The notes: generated by a model from the sequence alone, not told the origin. A stretch of DNA of 49,022 nt from Syncephalis fuscata S228 (GCA_025786725.1 JAHLTZ010000074.1:1-49022), one strand, 5' to 3'. Numbered from the stretch's first letter, positions 1 through 13,416 are shown. A program made the numbers and translations.

Positions 1-2570
1 AAAAAATCGCCAAAAATTTATCCAATGAATTAAAAATCAAAACATGCAAAAAGTGCCGTTTTTTGTATGGAGGTCCAACTCCGCGTATTTTTCACGCATT
101 CCCACGATTTTTGGCGATTTTTAGCATATCAGGATCGACGCGCCTGCTTCTTGCGGTTCGAACAAGTGGCACCGTGTATTTTTAGGACAAGTATCCGTGG
201 AATTAAAAATACGGGGAGTTGGGCCGTTTTTCCCAAAAAAATCCGACAAAAATCCAACAAAAATCGACCAAATATACGGCTAAAAAGTTAACTAAAAGTT
301 AACTAAAGTTAAGTAAAAAGTTAAGTAATATTTGACTAGAAATGTAAGGGTATCCTTGCTATTTTGTTAATAAATATAGACTAAAAGTTAACTAAAGTTA
401 AGTAATTAGTTAAGTAATTAACAAGTTAACTAAGTGTTAAACGGTTATCATTACCATTAGTTAATTATTAACTAATTAACTATTACTTAACTTTATTAAC
501 TTTTAGTCTATATTTTATATCAAAAATAGCAAGGGATACCCTTACATTTCTAGTCAATATTACTTAACTTTTTACTTAACTTTAGTTAACTTTTAATTAA
601 CTTTTTTAGCCGTATATTTGGTCGATTTTTGTTGGATTTTTGTGGATTTTTTGGGAAAAACGGCCCAACTCCCCGTATTTTTAATTCCACGGATACTTGT
701 CCTAAAAATACACGGTGCCACTTGTTCGAACCGCAAGAAGCAGGCGCGTCGATCCTGATATGCTAAAAATCGCCAAAAATCGTGGGAATGCGTGAAAAAT
801 ACGCGGAGTTGGACCTCCATACAAAAAACGGCACTTTTTGCATGTTTTGATTTTTAATTCATTGGATAAATTTTTGGCATTTTTTTGAATATATAGGTCG
901 ACGCACATATCATTGCGGTCCGAACGAGTGGTCCTGTGTATTTTTAGAGCAATATCCGTAGAATTAAAAATACGCGAAGTTCTAGTTTGCTGGTTATAGG
1001 GGATATTTAGGATTTCGTGAAATATGCCACTATAACTAGTCATCAAACTTCCCGTATTTTTAATCTACGGATATTGCTCTAAAAATACACAGGACCACTC
1101 GTTCGACCGCAATATATGTGCGTCGATCTATATATTCAAAAAATGCCAAAAATTTATCCAATGAATTAAAAATCAAAACATGCAAAAAGTGCCGTTTTTT
1201 GTATGGAGGTCCAACTCCGCGTATTTTTCACGCATTCCCACGATTTTTGGCGATTTTTTAGCATATCAGGATCGACGCGCCTGCTTCTTGCGGTTCGAAC
1301 AAGTGGCACCGTGTATTTTTAGGACAAGTATCCGTGGAATTAAAAATACGGGGAGTTGGGCCGTTTTTCCCAAAAAATCCAACAAAAATCCAACAAAAAT
1401 CGACCAAATATACGGCTAAAAAAGTTAATTAAAAGTAACTAAAGTTAAGTAAAAAGTTAAGTAATATTGACTAGAAATGTAAGGGTATCCTTGCTATTTT
1501 GTTAATAAATATAGACTAAAAGTTAACTAAAGTTAAGTAATTAGTTAAGTAATTAACAAGTTAACTAAGTTGTTAAACGGTTATCATTACCATTAGTTAA
1601 TTACTTAACTAACCATTAACTATTACTTAACTTTTAGTTAACTTTTAGTCTATATTTTATAGTCAAAATAGCAAGGGATACCCTTACATTTCTAGTCAAA
1701 TATTACTTAACTTTTTACTTAACTTTAGTTAACTTTTATTAACTTTTTAGCCGTATATTTGGTCGATTTTTGTTGGATTTTTGTCGGATTTTTTGGGAAA
1801 AACGGCCCAACTCCCCGTATTTTTAATTCCACGGATACTTGTCCTAAAAATACACGGTGCCACTTGTTCGAACCGCAAGAAGCAGGCGCGTCGATCCTGA
1901 TATGCTAAAAATCGCCAAAAATCGTGGGAATGCGTGAAAAATACGTGGAGTTGGACCTCCATACAAAAAACGGCACTTTTTGCATGTTTTGATTTTTAAT
2001 TCATTGGATAAATTTTTGGCGATTTTTTGAATATATAGTCGACGCACCATATCATTGCGGTCGAACGAGTGGTCCTGTGTATTTTTAGAGCAATTATCCG
2101 TAGAATTAAAAATACGGAAGTTCTAGTTTGCTGGTTATAGGGGGATATTTTAGGATTTCGTGAAATATGCCACTATAAACTAGTCATCAAACTCCCGTAT
2201 TTTTAACTCTACGGATAATTGCTCTAAAAATACACAGGACCACTCGTTCGACCGCAATAATATGGTGCGTCGATCTATATATTCAAAAAAATCGCCAAAA
2301 ATTTATCCAATGAATTAAAAATCAAAACATGCAAAAAGTGCCGTTTTTTGTATGGAGGTCCAACTCCGCGTATTTTTCACGCATTCCCACGATTTTTGGC
2401 GATTTTTTAGCATATCAGGATCGACGCGCCTGCTTCTTGCGGTTCGAACAAGTGGCACCGTGTATTTTTAGGCAAGTATCCGTGGAATTAAAAATACGGG
2501 AGTTGGGCCGTTTTCCCAAAAAAATCCGAGAAAAATCCAACAAAAATCGACCAAATATACGGCTAAAAAA
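1..2570. repeat. Tandem array (period ~1.14 kb) of foldback units: arm forward / loop1 / arm reverse / loop2, about 2.3 units visible
   Basis: Arm ...GTATGGAGGTCCAACTCCGCG...TATACGGCTAAAAAG occurs forward at ~1-430, ~1046-1565 and ~2190-2570, and reverse at ~465-980 and ~1600-2120. Loop1 (GTTAAACGGTTATCATTACCATTAG) is at ~436 and ~1573. Loop2 (TCTAGTTTGCTGGTTATAG...CTATAACTAGTCATCAAACT) is at ~981 and ~2122. Both loops recur in the same orientation. Confidence 0.95.
2190..2503. repeat. MITE-like terminal module with ~85-bp imperfect internal inverted repeats (present in every arm of the array)
   Basis: AACTCCCGTATTTTTAA..CTACGGATA..CTAAAAATACAC..CCACTCGTTCGACCGCAA..GCGTCGATC (2190-2275) pairs with GATCGACGC..TTGCGGTTCGAACAAGTGG..GTGTATTTTTAG..TATCCGTGGAATTAAAAATACGGGAGTT (2419-2503). 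Confidence 0.8.
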
Positions 2571-5500
2571 GTTAAGTAAAAAGTTAAGTAATAATTACCT
2601 AAAATGTAAGGGTATCCCTTGCCATTTTGACAATGAAATATAAATCAAAAGCTAATCAAAAGTTAATTAAAAGTTAATTAACTAGTTAATAATCAGTTAT
2701 CTAAAAATGTAAGGGGTACTCTTTGCCATTTTGATAATAAAATATAAAATAAAAAGTTAATTAAAAATGTATTAACTAGCTAATATTAATCCAGTTAATA
2801 ATTAATTAATAGGTGGTTTTTCAGCTTTATCTGAGAAGTCAGTTGCTAAAAATTTGCATTGCAGATTGGACAAATAAAATAAAAGTTAATTAGCTAGCTA
2901 ATAATATTTTATTTAATTTAGTTAATAGTTAATAGATTAATTAGTTAATTAGTTAATTAGTTAGTTAATGGTGGTTGTTGTTTAATACTTAATTATTCTA
3001 GTCAATTAATAGTGATTGCCGTTTAATACTTGTCAATTGGTTAACTAGTTAATAGCGATTGTTGTCTAGCACTAGTAATTAATTAACCTAGTTAATAAAT
3101 AGTAATGGCCAGCTAAGATTAGTCAATTACCTTTAGTTAACAATAATTTGTTTAATATTAGCTAATAGTTAATTAATTAATAAAGTGGTTTTTCAGATCG
3201 ATCTGAAAAGTTAGTTGCTAAAAGTTTTGCTCTGTAGATTGGACAGATAAATAAAATATAATTAATTATTAATAATTGGTGTTTAATAATTAGTTAGCAA
3301 TAATTTATCTAATACTAGTAATTAATTAGTTATCAATAGTATATTTAATATTGGTTAATTGCCTAATTACCTAATAATGACAGTTGTTTAATAGTTAATT
3401 AATTATTCTAGTCAATAGTACTTGGTGTTTAATACTTGTTAATTAGCTAACTAGTTAATAATAATTGTTGTTTAATAATTAATCAATTAATTTAGTTAAT
3501 TAGTAATGATTGCTATTCAATACTTGTCAACTAGTTTAGCTAAGAGTAATAGCCAGCTAACATTGGTCAATCAACTAGTTAGTTAATAATTCGTTTGATA
3601 GTTAATTAATCAGTCAATTGGTTAAATAATGTCACCGATATTATGGTTAGTGTATTGATGTTATTAATAATATATGATTGTGTATTAAAACATTGGTGCT
3701 AGGCGATGCACAAATGCTTAATAGTGTATATGCTGGATACATCCAAAAATAATGGTGCTAGCTATTGCATGATCATACCAACTGTGCCAATTGTTAACAT
3801 TGTGTGTACAATTGCATATCCATCAGCGGTAATATATTGCTGTATATTAGTTAATCATATTACTTGTTAAGACTAGCACCTATAAATGCTGTGTTAATGC
3901 ATTGACCATGCATGACACGCTAATGTCTAGTGACGCAAATGATACTAACATTAATGGCCAGTCGTGACTATGTCACGCCAATTAGCAGTCAGTGTGCCAG
4001 TGCTGTTGTTGGTCAATGCAATAGATCACTTATACGTAATTGCCAGCATAAATAGCATTGCATAGCAACCTGCAGCTTTAATGACATGATAAATACGTAG
4101 TACTATATTGCAAATTCTGCAACATCAGCTTCAGCAATTATGGCTAAACTGACTAATGACTATCTACATATTATTAAATACATTAATACAACTCATTTCC
4201 ATGTATAACATGTCGTGTAACTCTTGCAAATGATAGTAGAATTAAGTATACAATCATCATGGATAACAGCTGTTATATCATTAGTGGGCCTTGTAACATT
4301 AATTCATTAGCTAAATAAAAATAACGCTTACTAAGTGTATTGTATGGTTAATGTAGTGCACAATATGTACATCAGCAGCAATCATTGCTATACTACAGAC
4401 GCCAATGACTACAATACAACATTGCAATCAATCCATCATTGTAATATATATATAAACAAGCATAATGGCTACTGTTGTTAACACCATTAGTATATACAAT
4501 GTAGTCAATGCAATTGTCGCAGTTCCATGTAATGATACATCAGTAAATTGCTGTAACACTGGTGTTATTATTACAACGTATGGTCATTTGTGTGTATATA
4601 GCTGACTATACGTATGTGCAACTGGATCATCCATTGTTTAGTACAGTGGCCATTATGTTTGCTACATGTTGATGTATCATTATATAGTGTATAAATAACT
4701 GCGTATAGTTTGCAATGAGTTGATTAATAATATTAGGCCATTGTATGTTAATGGCTAGTACATATAACATTCATGAATTAAAGTACATTAACGTTGTTGA
4801 TGACGTTGGCGTTTATATTAGCGGCATGTATAGCACACAATACACTCGTACATGGCGATGTGCGCTGTTTATACCATGGCCATCGTATTGCTGTGTAGTA
4901 GTCACGCATTGATGCATTGTAAACAGCACATTAGTAGCATACAAGTTGCCATTATACATAGCTATAATATATGTAAAATGATTAACATATCAATACTAAC
5001 AATAGAAGGAATACATAAACAGCCTGTAAACAAACATTAATATTATAACAAAGTATGTGTATAATTGATTGCGCAGCTATATATTACGGTAATTTTTAAT
5101 ACAAAAATTGATGGCCATTGGCGCAGATAACGCTATATGTAATACTTAGTACATGCGTTAGTAGCTTAATACTGTCGTACGTATATTAGCACTAACTAAA
5201 AAGCCAGAAACTATACTAGCATACTATCGGCTGTAATAATGCATCAATCAGCTATACGTGTACCGATACTAATTGCCACATTGATCAGTCGTGCCATTGA
5301 TCAGTGAACAACAACATACTGTGGCTAATTACGGCCAATAGTTGTAGCTGTATAGCAGCAACAATCATCGGTAACGTTAACAACGAAATCAGCTGTAAAA
5401 TATGTGATTATTAGTCGATATTAATTAGTGGTATTGCGATAGAGTCATAATGACACCAATCAGTATTGGATAGCAGTATTGATATCGCAATGTATATGTT

Positions 5501-7000
5501 CGACATCAACCAACTGTTAAATAACAGATATACTGGCATATGTATTGTCAATGTGCTAATCACTACTGATGGTTTTATCTGGTTAGTCAATAGCTATTAG
5601 TACACATATCATTATGCATGACCAGCAATTACTGACTATTATAACTGATAAAAATGGCAAAAATGCTTGTTACAATTATTTTGCTTGATCCACGGTTTTA
5701 CAATAGTCAATATTACTATTACCAATCAACAATAGCAGTATATATAGATATACAGCAATTATATTACCGAAGCTGATTGTTGATAGTTGCTATTGTGCAT
5801 GTAATTGCTAATAAAACATTGCCATTTCTGATTAAAACTATTGGCTGCTTAATAGTAGCTAACATACATCTGGTTAGTAGCATTGTATTAATTTATTTGT
5901 GCGTAAATAAATGTCGTACTACTTGCCAGCTGGTTAATAAACCAGCTAATATAGCATTGATGGAATGTCATATATCACTAGTAACTAGTGGCTGTATATA
6001 ACATATAGCAACATGTGGCGTTGACGTGCACAAAACGTAATTGGGCATATATTAGCAATAGCCATTAATATATTATTGATTATTTGTATGCATATCATAG
6101 CATTGTTATTATAACTTATAAGTTTTGCAAACAACCACCAGTTTATGTCTTTAATAAGCTTATTGATAGATGAAGACAAACAAAATGCACCAAGTGTTTA
6201 TGTTATTTGTAGATATGCTGCAAATCGACAAATATTAATAACAGCTTCGCTATTTCTGTTACTAAATATTATTAATAACTGGTTTACTATTTTCAGCGAT
6301 CAGTATTAGTATGCATATTTACATTATCAATCAACAATACAGCAACAATAACGTCAATTACGGCATTTATTAAACAGCATGTCATTTTTGTCATCGATAT
6401 AGATAGTAACTTTTTGTTAATTCTTAGCTGTTGCACTGAAATATACGACATTATTTTATAGTGATACTAAGTTGTATAAATATAAAATTTTAACTATTAG
6501 TATCAGTAGCTGTGTTATGCTGATGGCGCACGCAGTATATTTAGCTCTAGCTACTGGCCAGTAATCAGTAATATACGATAAACAGATAGTGCTAATGTAA
6601 TCATGTAATTAATTGATGGCAATGTCGCAGATTAATTAACCTATAACAAGCCGCTATCGATATCGTACTTTATTTGATTAATAGACAATCGATTAATATA
6701 ATGAGGACTATTAAACTGGAAAAATATTGGTAATGTATTAATGCTAATTCGTAATTAGTAGTATATTTGCTTGACAAAGCGCCAATATACCATCATATTA
6801 GTTATTGTTAAGCGGCTAATACGACTAGCTAACTTGTATACTTGAATACTATTTAACCCACTGTTTAATATTGTTCTTCAATATTTAGGTAAATATTATT
6901 AGCATAGCATTGTCAATTAAGTAGTGTTGTCTGTTATAGCAACCAGCAACAGTATTGAGCGCTATTATAGCCCATTAACTATATAGTTTTCTATACATTA
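2190..7000 (+). repeat. Repeat family R, copy 1 (terminal module + TTAATTAG-rich segment S ~2570-3625 + degenerate segment D from ~3660); inner end approximate
   Basis: 3000-3610 is nearly identical to the reverse complement of 33546-34170. 3670-5100 and ~5850-6000 align more loosely with copies 2-4, e.g. GTGTGCCAGTGCTGTTGTTGGTCAATGCAATA at ~3992 and ~36346, and CTACTTGCCAGCTGG at ~5919 and ~37698. Confidence 0.85.
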
Positions 7001-7834
7001 ATGGTAATATATATTATTGTTTTCATATGAGCTACTAATTATTAACAACTGCTCAGCTGTCTATTAGTGTCAATATACACCATGTAATTATTTATGCCAT
7101 GCTGTTATTGCCATACCCATACACTAAATAATTATAAATGCCTCGGATATTGTTAATAAGTCTATAATTAATAAATCAGATAAAATTAATAATGTAATCT
7201 GGTAGCTAATGAATACGATGCAATGCATTGTGTTTATGTAACATTAATCGATGGTAGAATAAAATAATACCTCTGGTCATTAACGCTATAAATGCCGATA
7301 ACAATTCTAAATAGTTATCATTCTGTGTATCAGAACTAGACAAAGAAAGCAAATCACATAGTAATTGTAAATTAGTTTGCATTTTTCACGTATATCCTCG
7401 TTATTAGCTTTATCGATCGTCAATAAATGTATGTATAATATTAGATATTCTATATAATTATCTTATCAAGTATATATATTTTTGTATTATTGTTTGTAAT
7501 CGGATCTATTTGGGATAACTCTACAGTAAATTGGCTGTCTCATGTACATCCACTAATGTCATGGCAACATTTTTATCGAATTCATGCTGCTTTTCGATGC
7601 TGTAATTATTATAAATTAATTCGAACCTAGTAATTTGTCTTTATAATCTTTCATTTCTTGCTTACTTTAAAGTATAAGTCAGCTTATTTATTTATAAAAA
7701 ACATTGAAATAATAATTTATATGTTATTATTAAATCCATAGTCTTATTAGTACTATTAATAGAAAATAAATTGTAGTATGTTAGTAATTATTATTTATTC
7801 GTATTGAGAGCTCAATAAAGCTACATAGTACAAG

Positions 7835-10032
7835 TTAGTTTTTAGTATGTGGCGATGTATTGTGTGCGATATAGATGTCGTCAACGTTAACACCGGCACT
7901 TTTGCAAGCCAAGCGAACCCATGACTTTAGCCAAATATCGTGGCGTAGTGAATGGTCAACCAAGTCGCGGCATCGCTCAATCTGTCCAACACGAGCTAGC
8001 GCAACAATCCATGTCGATAAATGGAAGCCATTAAGCGATACTTGGACTGTGGCCAAATCGGCCTCAATAACCGCTAGCGAGTTTGCATCGCGTCCAACAC
8101 TACACGCTATAAATAGCTGAGTAATCATATTAGGTGTGAATACAATACCTAGATGCAGCGATTGACGCCAAAGATCGAGTGCTTCGGTGGCACGACCACG
8201 TCGCGCATAGGCCCGTAGTAGCGCATAAATCATTTCATTTGGCAGTAAGGAGTAGCGATGCAGATGGGCTACACGCGAGAATAGCCATTGCACTACGCGA
8301 ATCTCGCCTCGTCGAGCAAATGCCATTAGTAGTGGCCGGTGCACCTGATTAGCAAATTCAATGCCATTTTGGAATAGCATTTTTCGCCAGGCTCGTAACG
8401 CAGCACTAAGATGACGGGCCCGTGCATAAGCAATCAAGAGAGTGATGGCAGCCACGACGTCAAGCTGATTTGTTTTTAAAAATGGCTTTAGAATGTCGAT
8501 AGCATCGCGGTGATGGCCATACTGCGATCTTGTATAGGCCCGAATCGTTTTGTATTTCAATCCTTCGGTCAAAAAGCGCTCGCGCACTTCTCGATGAAAT
8601 TGCTCACTCATTTCTATTTTACCCGTTAAACCGAGGCCATAGTAGAGTGCTCCGTAGCCAACAATATCCGGCTCATGGCCACCACCGACCATTTTTGCGT
8701 AATAATCAAGCGCCAACTCTTGATTGCCGCCTTTAAAAGCCCGATCCATTAATGAAGTGTATGTATACTGGTTTGGTATAATATCCATACGTTGCATTTC
8801 CTCGAATAGACGCTTATCCTGTCCAAGGACCAATGTACACTCTAGTTGCCTATGTTGCGAAGGCGGTGGTCGATCTCGCCACGGCTCTATTGATATTGAA
8901 TCACGTGGCGGCAGTGGCGTTGCATTAATAAGCACCGTATATGAAACAGTATTTTCAGGTACATTGTTCTGCTGCATAATAGCACGAAACTTGGCCACCA
9001 GCTCAGTATGGCCGGCTTGTGCTGCTGCATGCATAAGTGTCGTATATGTGTAGTGATTAGGCTGAGTTGCTGCCATTTCATTCGTATTATTGGTCATGGT
9101 CTGGTATATTTGCAGCATTTGAGCAAAATTATCCTGGTGTTTTGATAATAGCCGTAGCAATATGTTGTAGGTTGTGGTATTAGGCTTAATGTGCTGTCTA
9201 TTCATTTCGTTCAATATTAGCGAGACAAGCTTGTAGTCAGTCTCGCCAAAAGCATTTAACATATGATTATAGGTAACTATATTAGCAGTGCGACAAATAC
9301 GCAACACCCTTAGAAATGTCCTCCACAATTGACTAAGCTGTCGGTGCTGACTATAGAACCATATAAGCTGGTTGAACTGGCGAAGTGTCGTAAATTTGAT
9401 ACCTTGATCGCGCATCCGTCCTAGAACACGAAAGCCCAAAGCTAAACTGCTTGACGATGGATGTCGATTAATTTTAAGCAATAACGCTGAAAATTCATCT
9501 GGTTGTGACAGCAATTCGATATCTTTTCTATTTAACTTTATACGAGAGCGTATTTGGTCAATGCAAGTGGCACAGCATTAATTGCTTCTTTGTAGCTTAT
9601 CATTTTGTTGGCACCCATCGACTCTAACATGCTCTCAATGTAGTTGACCAGTTCAGGCGATAATTTTGGTAGTTCTTCGTTAGAATAGCCATGTTCTGTA
9701 GTGTTTTTATCTGCACTATAAAAATATTGGGTCGGTGTGGGTCTCAGTGTGGTGAATGGGCGCGGTTTGTCGTATAAACGTGTAGGACGTGGTGAAGCAT
9801 AAGATGGATTCAGAAACAATGACGTTGCAAGTGGCGATGGCTGTGAATGATCTCGCACCGCCAATATTCTGTAGCTTGATCTAGTGCTTGTTAGGCAAGT
9901 GCGCGTTGGACTTGCTCTTGGCTGTAGATCCGTGTTGAAAGAAGGTGGAGCGGCTCTAGATCTTGCTGTACAGCCGGCCAACTGTAGTTTCTGTGCACAG
10001 TCTGTGCAGATGCGGCCACCCAACTGCCGCAT
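7835..10032 (-). CDS. Pentatricopeptide-repeat (PPR) protein, probably mitochondrial RNA-binding; one frameshift near 9560
   Basis: Repeated PPR motifs (ANIVTYNHMLNAFG, PNTTTYNILLRLL, PNHYTYTTLMHAAAQAG, PNQYTYTSLMD, PDIVGYGAL). The R/S-rich N-terminus (9538-10032) joins ...DQIRSRIKLNRKDIELLSQP if one base is restored. Confidence 0.85.
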
Positions 10033-10478
10033 TCAAAATAATATGCTGTATACAGCAGTAGGTAAGTATATACTATTGCAGATTATATTGGCGCTATTAC
10101 TACAAATAATATGCATATGCGCCGCAAAGCGTAAAGATAGAGAAAAAGAAAAGAACGCGTCGCAGCACTATTATTTAGGCTCCTATAGATTCTAAAATGA
10201 AAGCAATAGCAATAGCAATAGCGTACCTCTTCTACGCTCTAAACAGCCGCCTACGCATACACTTTGTCAAACGCGCAGTACGCGTAGCAGAAACGTCTTA
10301 AAACACTGCTACTGTTATAAAGAGAGAAAACTAAAAGTAAATTGACGTAACGTACGAATAAAGTGCAGAATATAGACTTTTTACCAATCTACGATTTATA
10401 CTTTGATCAACCTAATAGCCACAGTTTACTTTATTTCTCTACTAACTAAACTACTGCCACTACAAGCACAACAGTTCA

Positions 10479-11504
10479 ATGTAAGCTAGTTCTTGTTACT
10501 TGTAATCGTCAACTGATCTGATTATAGGTCTGAATACTGGAAATCACAAGGACGCTACTTTTGTAATTACTGTAAAATATATGTAGCCGAGAATGCTATT
10601 GTAAGTAAATAGGACCTATACTTACCATGTCACTAAGTAGCCTTATTATTTATAGAGCCGAAAGCATCATGAGGATGGTAGAAAGCATAAAGGAAATGTA
10701 GAGCGTTTTCTACGTGATGTACATACACGTACTCGAAAAGAGAAGGAAGATGCCGAGTATATGGCTAGAGAAATGGCTAAAATCGATCAAGTAAGTTGTA
10801 TAGTGACGATTAATAGCTAGTAAATAGAATAATAACCAGTATATTATATTATATTATATAGGCAGCACATGCTAAATACAATCTAGACTTGGGAAGGGGA
10901 AGTGTAGTGCATGGATCAGATGTAGCGATAGCAACTATGGGTGCACCATCACCATCAGTAGTATCTAAATCTAAGGCTTCGTTATCAACGGCAAAAGTAG
11001 AGACATCATCGAGAGCTCGGGACAGGACAGCAGCAGCAACAACACAAGTACAAGCACAAATGCCTTTCGACTACCAGAAGGTCAACAAGTAGGAGCGGTC
11101 GGTCAATGGAGACGTGTAGAAGAGCCCACAGCCACCATAGACTCTACCACTGATAAAAGCGATGGCGGTGCACGAAAAGCCGGTCCCAACCTGTTGTGGG
11201 CTCATCGGTGGCCAATGATGCACTGTTAGAAGATGAAGAGGAGGAAAAAGCACAGATCGAAATCAATCCAGATGATCCAGATGATTTACGTAATTTTAAA
11301 GTGGTTGAAAAGACCCACCCTACAGAATTCGATGCTAAAGAAGATATTAATTATCGTAATACTGGATTAACCAGTACTTTTTCAACTAAAGTTAAAAAAG
11401 AAGAGGAAGATGAAGAAGGAAGCAGTGGTGGTGGATCACTATTTAAAAAGAGAAAAGCCCCCAACTTAACTACAAATCGATCACGTAACATTAGACGTAA
11501 ATAA
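10479..11504 (+). CDS. U1-type (matrin) zinc-finger splicing factor, WBP4/FBP21-like; 4 exons (10479-10480, 10528-10600, 10656-10790, 10862-11504) with two frameshifts in exon 4
   Basis: Spliced translation MSEYWKSQGRYFCNYCKIYVAENAISRKHHEDGRKHKGNVERFLRD. GT-AG introns. GAVGQWRRVE motif and basic C-terminus FKKRKAP...RNIRRK. Confidence 0.8.
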
Positions 11505-11601
11505 ATAAATAACTAATTAATTAATGTAGTTATATTTTATGTAGAATAGTTAAATTGTTCATAGTTACTATCTTTCATTTCATGTTGATTCAGTCTTCGT
11601 T

Positions 11602-13321
11602 TTAATAATTTTGTTGGATTTTATAGTGTCCGTTGCTGGTATACGTTCAGATACTTGCCGGTATGGATCATTTTCAAATAACCATCTTATAATATAGATC
11701 AATTAGATTAGAGTCAATCCAGTTTAGTATTGATTAATGATAGTTCATTAGTGTGTTGTTGTTGTTGTTGTTACTTACGATTTAAGGGTAGGGAACCGTG
11801 GTTCTACTCTAGAAGCTAGATAAATGTCACCGGGTCCTTCAATACGTACTAGTCTCTATTAATACCAATATATATATATATATATATTAGTTATAATCAT
11901 CCTGGTTACTGTATTACTTATTACCTCATTGCCTATTAAACGACGAATATACCGATAAAAGTGGCCATATAGTCTGACACTATCTTTAGTACTCGGTGTT
12001 TACTAGTCATTGAACTGGGCAGTGAATAGTCACTATTGGGTGGCAATGAAACAATAGAATCAAGCGATAGATCCCATGCCACAATCCGTCTATATTTAAT
12101 TACTATGTATTAGAATTGGTCAATATAGTACCAAGGGTACTTACCTTGGTTCTATATAGTAGACTTCACCCGGGGCCAATCCCAATCGATAGATACCACC
12201 ATACGCGTTGAGAACGAGCTGACCCCGACCAGTTATTTGTCGATTTAATAGACCATCGATGCGCTATCACCACCACCATGGTTAACCTATAGATGACTAA
12301 GTGTTTATAATATATGTATCCTACCCAGCCAAATCCTGTGGTAGATAGTCGAGTCGTTATTTTACCGGTATACGCAACTACTGCACCACGACGTGCTCCC
12401 AAATCAACACTACCATCAAGAGATAACAGGGCCAAATCTCCTAGACGTGGTGGGGCAAGTAACAAATCGGCAGCCGATCCATCAGCTTGATACTAAAATG
12501 CGCAATTAATTACATAATTTATTAATTGCGTATAGTATTTATTTGTGCAGGTAAGTGTTTATATAACAACCACAACAATAATTACCTCATCCATAAACAG
12601 TGGATCACCCACAAGACGGCCCATAACCGCTGAAGATACACCGCCATACAATGGTCGTTTAAAGATAACCTAAATTATTGTCATAATTATGGTTATGGTT
12701 ATTAATAGACGGTTAAATAGGGTGTGGTCAATGGATATTTGTTAGTTACATTTGGTGAATGGCCTACAACGATGCCCGGTGAAAGCCGTACTGTAGTACG
12801 AGGTGGTAGATGGGCCAACATGACGGCGCCTATCATTTTGAATCAATGAGCCATAATATATATGTATATATACATAATAGCTTACCTGGTCCCGCATTGA
12901 CTAGTTCAAATGATGCAGTGGTAACTTCACTTGGATGTTTTGGTGCGGCATCAATATCTAAATAGAACCATTTACATAATAAATCAATTGTATTTAATAA
13001 ATAGGCCGTGAGTGGTCTACCTGGTTGAACATGGCCAATATGACTTGACGGTGTTGTTTTTGTTGGTGGTGGTGGGGCGGGGTTAGTTGCATCATGGTCT
13101 GTAGAGTGGTTTATACGGCTATTTAACTCTTTGGGCGGCGCAACTGGTTGTGAGTTAAAGGAGAGGGCCACATAGTTGCGGACAACGCTAGTTGGTGACC
13201 AACTCGATGTTGCGTAGATCTTTGTCGATCGTCGTAGCATAAGTAGGCACAAAGACGAGGATCTTAAAAAGAAATAGCGAATCCCAAATGAACAAGTGGC
13301 AATATCGATACTTCTAGCCAT
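11602..13321 (-). CDS. AIM24: AIM24-family mitochondrial protein, multi-exon, with frameshifts
   Basis: Spliced pieces ...LLLAPPRLGDLALLSLDGSVDLGARRGAVVAY..., GRGQLVLNAYGGIYRLGLAPGEVYYIEP|RRIVAWD and RLVRIEGPGDIYLASR match the Aim24 pattern. The N-terminus looks like a presequence. Confidence 0.75.
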
Positions 13322-13416
13322 AAAAGTACTGCTAAGGCCAGCTGGTTCCCCTGTCTCACTACAACTTTAACTACTACAACTTCAACTACTTGACACCTTT
13401 GAATTCAATTGCTGTA
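13322..13416. promoter_or_regulatory. Putative ~95-bp bidirectional promoter between the AIM24-like and GGA genes
   Basis: Divergent start codons at 13321 (-) and 13417 (+). The GGA start is inferred. Confidence 0.45.

Noticed and set aside
1-2570. CRISPR array, or retained sequencing adapters at the fold points
   Set aside because: No short repeats with unique spacers, no cas genes, and a eukaryotic context. The loops do not resemble the SMRTbell adapter.
67-2643. Repeated 68-114 aa ORFs (MEVQLRVFF..., MQKVPFF...)
   Set aside because: Translations of the palindromic arm. Frames differ between copies through indels and no domain is recognisable.
2570-3625. TTAGTTAA-like runs as canonical telomeric repeats
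   Set aside because: Irregular, without a G-rich strand or fixed period, and present at internal positions.
11753-11890. (GTT)n and (AT)n microsatellites; also (GCAATA)n at ~10203
   Set aside because: Ordinary short intronic or intergenic simple repeats.
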